Source: a virus | IMG/VR virus record: IMGVR_UViG_3300020185_000006 | Length of the DNA: 31,873 nt | Reading direction: 5' to 3' (one strand) | Part shown: positions 8,908 to 17,847 of the stretch, one piece after another | How the letters are laid out: each line of letters starts with the position of its first letter | How positions within the stretch are numbered: the stretch's first letter is position 1 | Translations under genes and position numbers: made by a program | Notes under the pieces: model-generated | Told to the model about the DNA's origin: nothing | Database searches by the model: none | What the model saw: the letters and a program-made list of their open reading frames with translations, nothing else

Positions 8908-11298
8908 TTACAATGTTGCTGATTCTATTATATTTCTATCTAAACTTTGAGCCGTTGTTACATCACTAGAAACTACAAAAGCCTTTACGGGTGGTTGTGA
9001 TCCCATTAAATCCGCAATTTGACTTGCCCCACTTGTACCTACAACATTAAATGCGGGAGTTTGTGACTGAGCGGATTCGGTTATTGTTGGTGTGCTTCCC
9101 ATCGAAGGGGGTGACGGTGTTGTTCCTCCTCCACCTCCTCCGACTCCACTAATAATTGATTTAGCTTTCGATGCCATTCCTATTACCGCTGCTATTTGAG
9201 TTGCAGCAAAGATAGGATAAGAAAGAGGTGCTAGTGGTCCCGTACCCACTGCTCCCTGTTGTGCGATTCTTAAACCGTTCATAAAACCTACTCCTGTATT
9301 AAGAGCAATTTCCGCAATCGCTGCGGTTTTTTGTCCCGCAGTACCTTTTTTAAGACTATTACTTAAAGCACCTAAAGCATTTTGAGCAGATCTTAAATTT
9401 TGTTGTCTTATTAATTGTTCTGCCCTTGCTAAATCTTCTGTTTCTTTTAGCTTCTTCTGACCTAAATCAAAAATCTCTTTATTGTAACCCTCTTCTGCAG
9501 CTACTGCTTCTTCTCTAATCTTATCTTGAATTTCTTTTCTTTTAAGTAAATAAGTTGCTTCGTAAGCTAATTTTAATGCATTCTCTTGGTCTAATTCTAA
9601 ACCTAATGCTTCAATTGCTTTTATATTTCTCTCTTTATCGAGATCTAATTTTTTAAGATCATCATCAGCTAATAAATCCTCTTCTTTCTTTTTAAACTTA
9701 GCAAGGAGTTTTAATCTTTCAGCTTCTGCTTTTGCTAATGCTTTTAATCTTGCTTTTTCCGCTGCCTCTAATGCCTCAATGTCTTTTAATTCTTTCTCTT
9801 CTGCTTTCTCTTTTCTATTAGCCTCCTCTAGTTTATCCTCTTTGTCTTTAAGTGATCTTAAATATCTAGATTCTCTTGTAGCATTTCTTACGGTTAACTC
9901 AGTACTTTTTAATGCTCCTTGCTCAATCCTTCTCTGACTAGCTTCGATTTGCGCTTCCGCTTCTAGTAAATTAGATTCAATCATTTTCGAATCTATTGCC
10001 TTACCTATTATTGGAATTTTTGAAATTGCTAGAATAGCCTCAAGAGAGAATTTTTTTATTACTCCTGTAAAATATCCAAAGCCTCCTCCAACAATATCTT
10101 TAGTCATAGATATTCCAATCTTTAAAGATTCAAATAAATCCGTAACGACAAAAGATGTTCTACTCATTACACCCCTAAGAGTTTCAATTCCTATTATTAA
10201 AAGGCGAACCGCACCTCGTTGTATTTTATTTATTAATCCATCTCCATCTTCAATACCTAATAAAAATCCTTCCCAAGCAGATCCTAATTCTTTAACATCT
10301 CCCGCTAAATTATCAAGTTTAATCTCTGCCATTTTTCGTGCAGCACCTTCAGCATCTTCAAACTTAGTAGTTAGTTCTGCTATTTGAGGAGTTTCATTTG
10401 CTAATGTTACTAATGCTTTTCCTCCTGTCTTTCCCGCTAAATCCATTGCAGTACCTAGCTTATTAGAACTTGACGCAATTTTCTCTAAGGCTTCATCTAA
10501 GGTTAATCCTTTTGCATTTAATTCAATAAAAGCAGTACTTAATTGAGTTCCTCCTCTACTTCCTTTAACTCCCGCATTTGCTAGAACTCCTAATAAAGCT
10601 GCGGTTTGTTCTACGCTAACTCCGACAGATCTTGCAGCGGGTGCGACATTCTTAAAAGACTCTTTTAGACTTTCGAAATCTAAAGCAACTGATGATGCGC
10701 TTAAAGAAAGAACATCAACTACTCTTTGAGTGTCTTCAGTCTCTAAACCAAATGCTCTTACCGTACTACCCGCTAATGCTGCAGCGTTTGAAAGATCTAC
10801 ATCTAATGCCGATGCTAAGTCTAAAATTGCGGGAGTAGAATCTTGAATGCCTTTAGCGGTAAAACCTAACTTTGCTAATTCGGTTTGTAATTCTAAAACT
10901 TGAATTGCGGTATAGGCAGTTGATGCTCCTAAACCTTTCGCTTGTTTACTTAAGACATCTAATTCGTGCGCACTTGCTCCCGATATTGCTTCTAAACCCG
11001 ATAACGCTTGTTGAAAATCCGCTCCCGCTATCGCTGCTGATCTAATTAATGTGACTAAAGAACCAAATGCAACTACTAACGCACCTACTCCCGTACTTAT
11101 CATTGCGGTTTTTAATCTACCTAGCATTGGAATTGCTCCCGCTAAAGCATCACTAAAACCCGCAAATGCTCCTTTTAATCCTTGCCCTGTAGTTTTAGCT
11201 TTTGTTCCCGTCTCAGTAACTTCTTTATTAAGTTTTTTTACATTCTTAACCGCACCCGAAGTATCTGCTTTTAAAGTTATTTGTTTTACAACCGCCAT
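8908..11298 (-). CDS. Tail tape measure protein
   Basis: 796 aa. It has a TP901-type tape-measure core pattern (AKGLGASTAYTAIQVLELQTELAKLGFTAKGIQDSTPAILDLASAL...), a long Lys/Glu coiled-coil segment and a Gly run (GVGGGGGGTTPSPP). Confidence 0.8.
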   Translation of the reverse strand: MAVVKQITLKADTSGAVKNVKKLNKEVTETGTKAKTTGQGLKGAFAGFSDALAGAIPMLGRLKTAMISTGVGALVVAFGSLVTLIRSAAIAGADFQQALSGLEAISGASAHELDVLSKQAKGLGASTAYTAIQVLELQTELAKLGFTAKGIQDSTPAILDLASALDVDLSNAAALAGSTVRAFGLETEDTQRVVDVLSLSASSVALDFESLKESFKNVAPAARSVGVSVEQTAALLGVLANAGVKGSRGGTQLSTAFIELNAKGLTLDEALEKIASSSNKLGTAMDLAGKTGGKALVTLANETPQIAELTTKFEDAEGAARKMAEIKLDNLAGDVKELGSAWEGFLLGIEDGDGLINKIQRGAVRLLIIGIETLRGVMSRTSFVVTDLFESLKIGISMTKDIVGGGFGYFTGVIKKFSLEAILAISKIPIIGKAIDSKMIESNLLEAEAQIEASQRRIEQGALKSTELTVRNATRESRYLRSLKDKEDKLEEANRKEKAEEKELKDIEALEAAEKARLKALAKAEAERLKLLAKFKKKEEDLLADDDLKKLDLDKERNIKAIEALGLELDQENALKLAYEATYLLKRKEIQDKIREEAVAAEEGYNKEIFDLGQKKLKETEDLARAEQLIRQQNLRSAQNALGALSNSLKKGTAGQKTAAIAEIALNTGVGFMNGLRIAQQGAVGTGPLAPLSYPIFAATQIAAVIGMASKAKSIISGVGGGGGGTTPSPPSMGSTPTITESAQSQTPAFNVVGTSGASQIADLMGSQPPVKAFVVSSDVTTAQSLDRNIIESATL

Positions 11299-11429
11299 TT
11301 TATTTCTCTTTTTAAAACCTTATATGCCTCTTTTAAATTTGTAGGCATCTTATACTTACCTTTGGCAAATTTTATTATTTCCGTTTCCCCTTTTGATTCC
11401 TTTAATAATTCTAAAATTAATTTTATCAT
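11286..11429 (-). CDS. Small ORF, 47 aa: MIKLILELLKESKGETEIIKFAKGKYKMPTNLKEAYKVLKREIKWRL
   Basis: Hand translation. ATGA overlap with the stop of the 720-aa gene. Its end overlaps the tape-measure start by 13 nt. Confidence 0.35.
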   Translation of the reverse strand: MIKLILELLKESKGETEIIKFAKGKYKMPTNLKEAYKVLKREIKWRL

Positions 11430-13588
11430 AGTATATTGATTAATTCAAAATCTGTTTCTCCTGTTTGAAAGTTTGTAGTCATAGAATTTATTTTATACCT
11501 TTCGTTGTTTGCTTCTATTAAGTTATTCAACTTTAAATTGTACAAAATATTTAAAGGCAAGTATGCCTTAACCTTAATAAATCTTCTTTTAACGTTAAAT
11601 GATTCAGAAATAAAAGTTTCGTAATAGCCTTCAAATAAACTATTGGAAAAGTCACTATTTAATGTCCATTCATTTATTTCGTTTTGAAAGTTTATATTTT
11701 CAACACTAACATTTGGATTAAGTGAAACACTATTTGAGGGAACTATTACATTAGTTTTTGATTGGTTTGTGTTTAATGTTGGTCTTACAGAAACGTATGT
11801 TGCTGATCCAAATGCTTGAGATTGTCTTATTGGGTAAAACAGTAAAGGTTTACCTATATAGGGTTGAACATTTTCATTTACAGAAATGCCATACATTATA
11901 TTGGTTTGAGAATTAGATACACTAACATTTAAATCATTTAACCTTTCCATCTGCATATGCTCAAAAGGTATTTTAACATTATAAACATCTGATGGAGCAT
12001 CGTAGATTTGTCCATCTAAAGTATAACGGATTTCACCCCATCCAATATTGTTTAACTGATTATATTTTTTAGCCAATAAAGTTCCTGTTCCTTCGTACAA
12101 AAAATTGATTTGCTTATAAGGTAAAGCAACATCTACCTTACTAGAACGAGTATCTAAAAACTCATCAATAGAATATTCATTTGATGTTGAGCCTCCTATC
12201 TCATTCCAATCTCTTAATTCATCTTGCCATTCTGATGTTTGTAAATTCCATAATCCTGTGTCTAAACTTGTAAAATAATCATCGTAGGTTTTAACAACTA
12301 TTTTAGAATCCTCGTAGTAAGCAACCAAATTGAACATCTTAAATATCCCTGTAAGGAAATCAATGATTTTCATTTCGGGGATTTGCTCATTTATAATAAA
12401 AGGAACTGTAAAAGGGATTGTAATGTTTCCACTTGCCGTAGCACTAAAGTCATCTGTCCAATACACTTGGTTATTACCATCAAAATAATTACCTCCCATT
12501 TCTAAGGTTGCAGTTGAGAATACAACTTGTTCTGTTGAACTTAAAACAAAAGTGTAACCTAAAGGAGCAAGGAAATTAAAATCAGTAATCGTAAGCGATA
12601 AAGAGCCTGTAACAACTCCCGATGAGTAAAACTGAGAACCCGATCTATTTATTGTTAATGTCCATTCTTTGTTTGAGTCAGTTGGCACAATGTAAACATC
12701 AAACTTTGTTATTACGTTATTAGGAGGAGATGAATATTGACTAAGAATTTGAATCGTTGTTCCGTTGTTGCTTATTGTTGTTCCGCTTGTAGGTGTCCAA
12801 GTTGATATCGGTAAAGACAAATTATTTACTCCTTCTGTTCCTATTCCTACGCTTCCACTTTTCCTATGCAACCAAAGAAACAAACCGTAATATGCTTTGT
12901 TATCTGAATTAAAAAAGTCATCAGAAAAACTTAACCCTTTAGGAACTAAGTAGTCTGTTGATATTGCATCTATAATTTTAGCTACTCTTAAAGCATATTT
13001 TAAATCTGAATAAAAAACACCTGCTCCCGAACCTGATAGAAAAAACATATTATTAGTTCCCGAAACAACAGGAGAAGTACTATCATAAAAAATAGGATTT
13101 GTATGACTAATTAAAGGAACAACTAAATCTTCAGTCTCGGGATCAACAGACATTGCTGCTAGTACTGTAGTTGGTTCGTACGTTGTATTGTAGGTATCTA
13201 AATCTAATGAATCAATTTGATTAGTTCCTAGTAAATCCTTAAGGTTTACGGTCTCACCAAAAAATGTAATTCTATAAGCATAGGCTTTGTTATCTTTTAA
13301 ATCAACACCATCTAAACGCATTAACCCCGTTTTAAAGGGAATGTAATTTAACTCAATTGATGAAGGTTGTTTTCTCCTAGCATCAAAGCCTTCTACTATA
13401 TTAAAATTATAGTAATGCTCAAATAAAATATTATTAGTTGAGGATGCGGGGACTGAAAAGGTTTGAGTAAATTCTGTAAAAATCTTATCAACCTTATTTA
13501 TATTTTTTAAGGATTGAGTGAGTTTAATCGTTTCATCTTTGAATAAATCAAGCCTAGTAGAACCAACGTAAATCTGAACCTTCTGCAT
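11426..13588 (-). CDS. Large virion structural protein (tail tip or baseplate candidate)
   Basis: 720 aa, in the structural block and coupled (TAATG) to the preceding 329-aa gene. No family recognised by eye. Confidence 0.4.
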   Translation of the reverse strand: MQKVQIYVGSTRLDLFKDETIKLTQSLKNINKVDKIFTEFTQTFSVPASSTNNILFEHYYNFNIVEGFDARRKQPSSIELNYIPFKTGLMRLDGVDLKDNKAYAYRITFFGETVNLKDLLGTNQIDSLDLDTYNTTYEPTTVLAAMSVDPETEDLVVPLISHTNPIFYDSTSPVVSGTNNMFFLSGSGAGVFYSDLKYALRVAKIIDAISTDYLVPKGLSFSDDFFNSDNKAYYGLFLWLHRKSGSVGIGTEGVNNLSLPISTWTPTSGTTISNNGTTIQILSQYSSPPNNVITKFDVYIVPTDSNKEWTLTINRSGSQFYSSGVVTGSLSLTITDFNFLAPLGYTFVLSSTEQVVFSTATLEMGGNYFDGNNQVYWTDDFSATASGNITIPFTVPFIINEQIPEMKIIDFLTGIFKMFNLVAYYEDSKIVVKTYDDYFTSLDTGLWNLQTSEWQDELRDWNEIGGSTSNEYSIDEFLDTRSSKVDVALPYKQINFLYEGTGTLLAKKYNQLNNIGWGEIRYTLDGQIYDAPSDVYNVKIPFEHMQMERLNDLNVSVSNSQTNIMYGISVNENVQPYIGKPLLFYPIRQSQAFGSATYVSVRPTLNTNQSKTNVIVPSNSVSLNPNVSVENINFQNEINEWTLNSDFSNSLFEGYYETFISESFNVKRRFIKVKAYLPLNILYNLKLNNLIEANNERYKINSMTTNFQTGETDFELINIL

Positions 13589-14577
13589 TACCGAACATTA
13601 TTTATATAATCAAAAGCCATATCAAACTCCATTGTATAATCAATCAACTTATCATTCAAGCTAGTCTTATAAGTGAATGAACTTGTATTGATAATTACGG
13701 GAACTATTTGTTCTGTTGATAAATTGTAGGGATCGGGTTGTGTTAGCCAAATTTGTTTACTTAACATTAAGTCTTCAAAGAAAGGATTAGCACCTTCGGG
13801 ATAATACCCACTACTTAAAATTATTTTTTGATTTGCTGATTTATTAAAGACTGCTTTAGTTGGTGAGTTTACAGAGTAGGTAGCAGAACTTCCATTTAAG
13901 GTTATTGTATTAGCATTATAAGTTTCCTTTGTGGAGGTTGTTGTTTTTACACTTTTCAAAAAGAACCACAAGTCTTGCAATGCTCCATATTTATTTACAA
14001 AGGTTATTTTGTTTCCGTTTCCATACTTACTGCAATTAACTCTAATAATGTTAACTAAAACATTACCTGTTGGTGTTGCTAAAGTAATTGTTTGAGGATT
14101 AGTTGCATCAAACCCTGTGTAAGATAAAACGCTATCTGTTGAAACAGGAACAACACCCGATACTCCAATAGGAGCATAAAAGTAATAACCATCTTTAATA
14201 ACATCTTTTTCTATTAACCATTCATAAGTGCTTACAGTTGGATTTACTCCTTCCATAAAAGTGCCGTATCCATCAAACCCTTTGTGAGTTGTTGCACTTG
14301 ATGCGGAACTGCTCCCCGTTCCATTTTGACCACTATAAGATCTATATAAAAAACTTATATCTACTGTTTGTGCAGTATGCGTTCCATTAAAAGCAATGCT
14401 TAAATAGTCCCTTACTAGTTCAGATATTTCATAGGTCAATACAGTTCCAACAGTTCCATTTTTTATAATGTTGTATCTAAGTGTTCCGTTAATACTTAAT
14501 TCTAACCCAACACTATTTATTCCACTTGCAACCGTAACGGTTTCTAATCTTGGTGATCTCAATAAAATGTTTGCCAT
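13588..14577 (-). CDS. Virion structural protein (tail candidate)
   Basis: 329 aa, beta-rich with Thr/Ser/Asn/Gly bias, in the structural block. Confidence 0.4.
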   Translation of the reverse strand: MANILLRSPRLETVTVASGINSVGLELSINGTLRYNIIKNGTVGTVLTYEISELVRDYLSIAFNGTHTAQTVDISFLYRSYSGQNGTGSSSASSATTHKGFDGYGTFMEGVNPTVSTYEWLIEKDVIKDGYYFYAPIGVSGVVPVSTDSVLSYTGFDATNPQTITLATPTGNVLVNIIRVNCSKYGNGNKITFVNKYGALQDLWFFLKSVKTTTSTKETYNANTITLNGSSATYSVNSPTKAVFNKSANQKIILSSGYYPEGANPFFEDLMLSKQIWLTQPDPYNLSTEQIVPVIINTSSFTYKTSLNDKLIDYTMEFDMAFDYINNVR

Positions 14578-14579
14578 AA

Positions 14580-15134
14580 TTATTTTTTTACTCCTAATAC
14601 AATAGAATTTTCTACATCTATCGCAAAGGCATTTATTACTTCGTTAGGTAAATTTTTAAAGGCTTTCTCAAATGGTTTAGTAAAGAACATACTTGGAGTT
14701 ATTCCCGCTAAATATATACTTCTTGTAATTAAGAATTGAGTTGTTTTTCTAGGTAAAAATCTGCCTGTCTTTTTATCTCTTATTCCTTTAATGTTTTTTT
14801 TAACCGTCCATTTATTAATAGCTTTCCTTAATCCTCTGCTCTTCATAGATCCGAATTTATAAGGACTATTCTTTCCTTTCTGAATCCCTTTCCATTTAGC
14901 GTTTTTAGGTAATGCGTTTGGGTTCTTTCCTCTAACTCCCTTATCAACAAATTCTCCGTAACTCTCCATCATAAAGTCTAATAAGAAAGCATTCTGCTCC
15001 TCATCTAGATCATCCTTAATAGAATTGTATAAAGATCCTCCTCCCTTCTTTTGTCTAGTTAGATTACTCTTGCTCTGCTGAACAACGTATTTACCAAACC
15101 TCTCTAAAGCCTCACTTGTTTTAATTAAATCCAT
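14580..15134 (-). CDS. Hypothetical neck or tail-completion protein (HK97 gp10-like pattern)
   Basis: 184 aa. It starts ...FGKYVVQQSKSNLTRQKKGGGSLYNSI... followed by YGEFVDKGV, resembling gp10-family proteins. Weak call by eye. Confidence 0.35.
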   Translation of the reverse strand: MDLIKTSEALERFGKYVVQQSKSNLTRQKKGGGSLYNSIKDDLDEEQNAFLLDFMMESYGEFVDKGVRGKNPNALPKNAKWKGIQKGKNSPYKFGSMKSRGLRKAINKWTVKKNIKGIRDKKTGRFLPRKTTQFLITRSIYLAGITPSMFFTKPFEKAFKNLPNEVINAFAIDVENSIVLGVKK

Positions 15135-15604
15135 TAGCAGTATCTAATATCGTTATAAATAAGAACATCAAAAGTTGATGTCCATCCCGCTAATTCATTT
15201 TCGAATCTATCGTAAAAAGGTTCAAGTGTAGCATTTCCATCAAGCTGATATTTGTCTTGATGTAAGTCTCCTCCCCTAAGAACTTGAATTAACTTATTAG
15301 AAACCGAAAGCTGAGTGTTTAATATATCTTGAAGATTATTATTTCCCCGAAATAGATCAGTTGTCTCCTCCTTGCTTTGGTCAACAATATCCATATTTAG
15401 TATGCTTATACTAAAACGTAAAACACCATCTTCTTGACTTACTTGATTTACCATTAAGTGCGCTAAAGGAAAAATGTCTTGCTTCTCCAAATTAATATCA
15501 TCTAAGTTACCTTGAGTAACTGTTTTAGTATTAACATCAGAAAGTAAATTATCTTTTATAGTTTCTGTTAACTGATAGTATCCTCTTATTCCTTGGTTGC
15601 TCAT
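15134..15604 (-). CDS. Hypothetical neck or tail protein
   Basis: 156 aa. Its ATG forms an ATGA overlap with the stop of the -1-frame extension of the upstream gene. Confidence 0.4.
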   Translation of the reverse strand: MSNQGIRGYYQLTETIKDNLLSDVNTKTVTQGNLDDINLEKQDIFPLAHLMVNQVSQEDGVLRFSISILNMDIVDQSKEETTDLFRGNNNLQDILNTQLSVSNKLIQVLRGGDLHQDKYQLDGNATLEPFYDRFENELAGWTSTFDVLIYNDIRYC

Positions 15605-15865
15605 TTCTTTTTATTTCTTATTTGTTGAGTTTCTACTTCGCTTTTTTCTTTAATAAAGGATAGCATTGTTAAGCATTCGTGTAAATTTAGTTTTGTGATA
15701 TCTTCAAATCTTGTAATATTTCCTTCAGCGAGTGTATAGACTGAGCCATACCACCCCCACTTTTGGGAGAATCCCGATGCGATTGATGTGGTTTCCGATG
15801 ATCCTTCGAAGAGGGACTCGTAACGTGAAGTGATAGATCCTTCCCTAAAAGAAACAAAAAAAAAA
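15601..15865 (-). CDS. -1-frame continuation after the T10 run (85 codons): FVSFREGSITSRYESLFEGSSETTSIASGFSQKWGWYGSVYTLAEGNITRFEDITKLNLHECLTMLSFIKEKSEVETQQIRNKKK. The fused product would be about 245 aa.
   Basis: Hand translation. Composition is ordinary for a protein. Its TGA (15601-15603) overlaps the ATG of the next gene (ATGA), matching the coupling seen throughout the genome. Confidence 0.55.
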
Positions 15866-16337
15866 TAGAACTGATGACCGCATCTAAGGGCATATAAGCC
15901 ATCGAATCCTTATTAAGAGGATTATACTCCTCTATTAAGTATTTATTAGCTGATCGTTGCTTAACGGGTCTATAAAGGACGTTCATTGCAAGACTCATAT
16001 TATCCCAATTACCGATGTAGGTATCTAAGTCAATATATTCTCCTAGTGTTAATTCTTCTAGGTTCGGATGAAACCCGTAGTTAACTCCGTTCATTTTAAA
16101 GAAACGAACTAAATCGGGTTCTTGAGCAAACATCTCTCTTAGTATTTCACTAATATTATCCGCATCTGATATTTGAATCTTTAGAACATCTTTATACTCT
16201 ACGTTGCAAAAGATCTCAATCATCTTGCATTGTAGGGAATACTCATCTTTAGTTTCTGACTCTACTTTTAAGAACCTTTGATATTGGTCTAAGGTTATTT
16301 CTGATAGGTGAGTAGGTATCTTGATACTTGCTTTCAT
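15687..16337 (-). CDS. Tail-assembly-chaperone-like protein, frame-0 product (216 aa)
   Basis: ORF track. The protein reads normally up to ...LDAVISSIFF. It then crosses a T10 run, and the tail turns His/Ser/Pro/Lys-rich and atypical. Confidence 0.5.
   Translation of the reverse strand: MKASIKIPTHLSEITLDQYQRFLKVESETKDEYSLQCKMIEIFCNVEYKDVLKIQISDADNISEILREMFAQEPDLVRFFKMNGVNYGFHPNLEELTLGEYIDLDTYIGNWDNMSLAMNVLYRPVKQRSANKYLIEEYNPLNKDSMAYMPLDAVISSIFFLFLLGKDLSLHVTSPSSKDHRKPHQSHRDSPKSGGGMAQSIHSLKEILQDLKISQN
15856..15865 (-). other. T10 homopolymer (A10 on the plus strand) containing a canonical -1 slippery heptamer T_TTT_TTT
   Basis: Frame 0 reads ATT TTT TTT TTG. A -1 slip gives TTT GTT TCT..., which opens the 85-codon extension. 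Confidence 0.6.
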
Positions 16338-16376
16338 AATAGCATAACGAAATTTTTAATATAATTTATAAGGCAT

Positions 16377-16404
16377 AAAAAAAGGGAGACATTTCTGTCT
16401 ACCC
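16377..16404 (-). terminator. Rho-independent terminator
   Basis: The minus strand reads GGGTAGACA-GAAA-TGTCTCCC followed by TTTTTTT, between 16427..16714 and the 16337 start. Confidence 0.7.
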
Positions 16405-16426
16405 TTTAACCAAACAAAAAAAAATA

Positions 16427-16714
16427 TTATAATAATGCCATCTTTAAATCTCTTTCTAAGTGTGAACACTTTTGCATCCATTCAAGCCTTTGGTTTTGAA
16501 CCTTTGTAATATACTTGTCCCTTTTGTTTACATCATCCCTTAGCCTTGCGGTATAAAAATGCATCTCTCCTAATGCTTTGAGCATAGCCAAAGTTTGTTC
16601 GTTCTTTGGCTTTATTTTTTTCCATTCATTTAGAATATCGGAACAAAGCGTTGCATTACTCCAATACTCTAAATCTCTTATTTCGGTTATCTGTTCCATT
16701 GTTACTGAGTCCAT
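16427..16714 (-). CDS. Hypothetical protein (95 aa)
   Basis: ORF track, on the coding strand, followed by a terminator. Confidence 0.55.
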   Translation of the reverse strand: MDSVTMEQITEIRDLEYWSNATLCSDILNEWKKIKPKNEQTLAMLKALGEMHFYTARLRDDVNKRDKYITKVQNQRLEWMQKCSHLERDLKMALL

Positions 16715-16722
16715 AGGTAAAC

Positions 16723-17085
16723 TTAATAAATACTAATTAAATTATTTAGAATAGGGATAATAACATTATCTCTTTGCCTATAAGTTGAACACTCTTCGTC
16801 ATCGCAATAGATAGCCATCTCATCTATTTCAAATAAATATTCGTAAGTGCCATCATCGGTTCGCATATAACCGTACTCCTCGTAAGTTTCGGCATCGTGA
16901 ATAGTTTTTCTTACGCAGATAACATCCGCAAAAATTTCTATACAACCAATGCTCCAATATAACTCTTCTCGGTGAATCTCATCATCCCCCATTGGGATCT
17001 CCTTTACTTTTAAATCGTGAAGGATATCTTTTAATTCTAAATCTGTAAATAAATCTTTCATCTTTTTTGTGGTTAAGTTAATCAA
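16723..17085 (-). CDS. Hypothetical protein (120 aa, acidic)
   Basis: ORF track. ATGA overlap with the upstream gene. Confidence 0.55.
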   Translation of the reverse strand: MINLTTKKMKDLFTDLELKDILHDLKVKEIPMGDDEIHREELYWSIGCIEIFADVICVRKTIHDAETYEEYGYMRTDDGTYEYLFEIDEMAIYCDDEECSTYRQRDNVIIPILNNLISIY

Positions 17086-17270
17086 TATTTTTTTATTAAT
17101 TCTAGATCGTAATAATCTGCTACATAATTAATGTGCTTCTGAGTAGTGACTGACCAATATCCTAACTGAACTAATTTACCTCCTTGTATTAAGGCAACCT
17201 TTGTAGAATAACTCCACACCTCGTTATTGTGGATTCTTAAGTTTTGCTTGTATTTTTTTAGTGTAATCAT
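17082..17270 (-). CDS. Hypothetical protein (62 aa)
   Basis: ORF track. It is preceded by copy 1 of the conserved hairpin plus an AAACAAAC leader. Confidence 0.5.
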   Translation of the reverse strand: MITLKKYKQNLRIHNNEVWSYSTKVALIQGGKLVQLGYWSVTTQKHINYVADYYDLELIKKY

Positions 17271-17284
17271 TCTTTTTTGTTTGT

Positions 17285-17320
17285 TTAAGTTAAGGGGGTT
17301 TTACCCCCCATTTAATTTAA
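17285..17320 (-). repeat. Conserved intergenic GC-rich hairpin element, copy 1
   Basis: Plus strand TAAGTTAAGGGGGTTTTACCCCCCATTTAATTTAATTG. The stem is GGGGG/CCCCC. Confidence 0.7.
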
Positions 17321-17568
17321 TTGTTAAATGTAAAAATAAAGTCTTTAGGTATTCTTTTTTTACATTCTGATCCTACCCAATGAAATCCTTGATCATCAAT
17401 ACCTTGATCTTCATCAGTATTTATAATATTACCATTTGTTAAAAGATGTACAAAATACTTCTCGTTTTTAACTTCTTTGTTGCAACAAATGCACTCCATA
17501 TCATAACCTCCTTCATCTTGAATTTTACTATAAAAATTCTCTATATCAATTTCTTTAAAATTATTCAT
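17317..17568 (-). CDS. Hypothetical Cys-containing protein (83 aa from the preferred start; the track start 17607 would give 96 aa)
   Basis: The track ATG at 17607 lies inside hairpin copy 2 (ATGGGGGTTAACCACCC). The ATG at 17568 follows the same hairpin plus leader layout as the other two copies. Motifs: CICCNKEV and VGSECKK. Confidence 0.5.
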   Translation of the reverse strand: MNNFKEIDIENFYSKIQDEGGYDMECICCNKEVKNEKYFVHLLTNGNIINTDEDQGIDDQGFHWVGSECKKRIPKDFIFTFNN

Positions 17569-17578
17569 ATCTGTTTTG

Positions 17579-17616
17579 TTTAAGTTAAGAGGGTGGTTAA
17601 CCCCCATTTAATTTAT
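17579..17616 (-). repeat. Conserved intergenic GC-rich hairpin element, copy 2
   Basis: Plus strand TTTAAGTTAAGAGGGTGGTTAACCCCCATTTAATTTATTTA. Confidence 0.7.
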
Positions 17617-17619
17617 TTA

Positions 17620-17847
17620 TCAAGAATATTGTCCTTCGGTAAACATATATTCTTCCCAAAGGTTTTCAATTTTTTTGTTAGTGTCTAAATAGTCAATTAT
17701 TTTGCCATCTTGAATAACACAATAATTGATGGTGTTAATAAGAGAATAGTCTTTAGATATACCAACAACACCCTCATATTTAAGAGATTCTACCTCACAA
17801 GCGTTTAAAAAGTTTATTCTTTCTTGATTTGTTTTTGAAATTTTCAT
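17620..17847 (-). CDS. Hypothetical protein (75 aa), first gene after the terL-proximal intergenic region
   Basis: ORF track, preceded by the conserved leader AAACAAACAAAAACAAGATG. Confidence 0.5.
   Translation of the reverse strand: MKISKTNQERINFLNACEVESLKYEGVVGISKDYSLINTINYCVIQDGKIIDYLDTNKKIENLWEEYMFTEGQYS

Noticed and set aside
9100-9150. GC-rich run encoding GGGGGG in the tape measure gene as a possible slippery or phase-variable tract
   Set aside because: The glycine codons are mixed (gga/ggt/ggc-type, read as cctcctccacctcctcc on the plus strand) rather than a true homopolymer. Gly/Pro-rich linkers are common near tape-measure C-termini.
15687-15855. Frame-0 C-terminal tail of the 216-aa ORF as genuine coding sequence
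   Set aside because: This is not fully rejected, but its composition (HVTSPSSKDHRKPHQSHRDSPKSGGG) is unlike the rest of the proteome, and it ends 83 nt short of the next gene. The -1 frame gives a normal sequence ending in an ATGA overlap.
17569-17607. Track start codon at 17607 for the 96-aa ORF (MGVNHPLNLNKTD...)
   Set aside because: This ATG and the next 12 codons are the conserved hairpin element itself. At the other two copies the same ATG opens only a short dead-end mini-ORF. The ATG at 17568, with the usual leader, is the more likely start.
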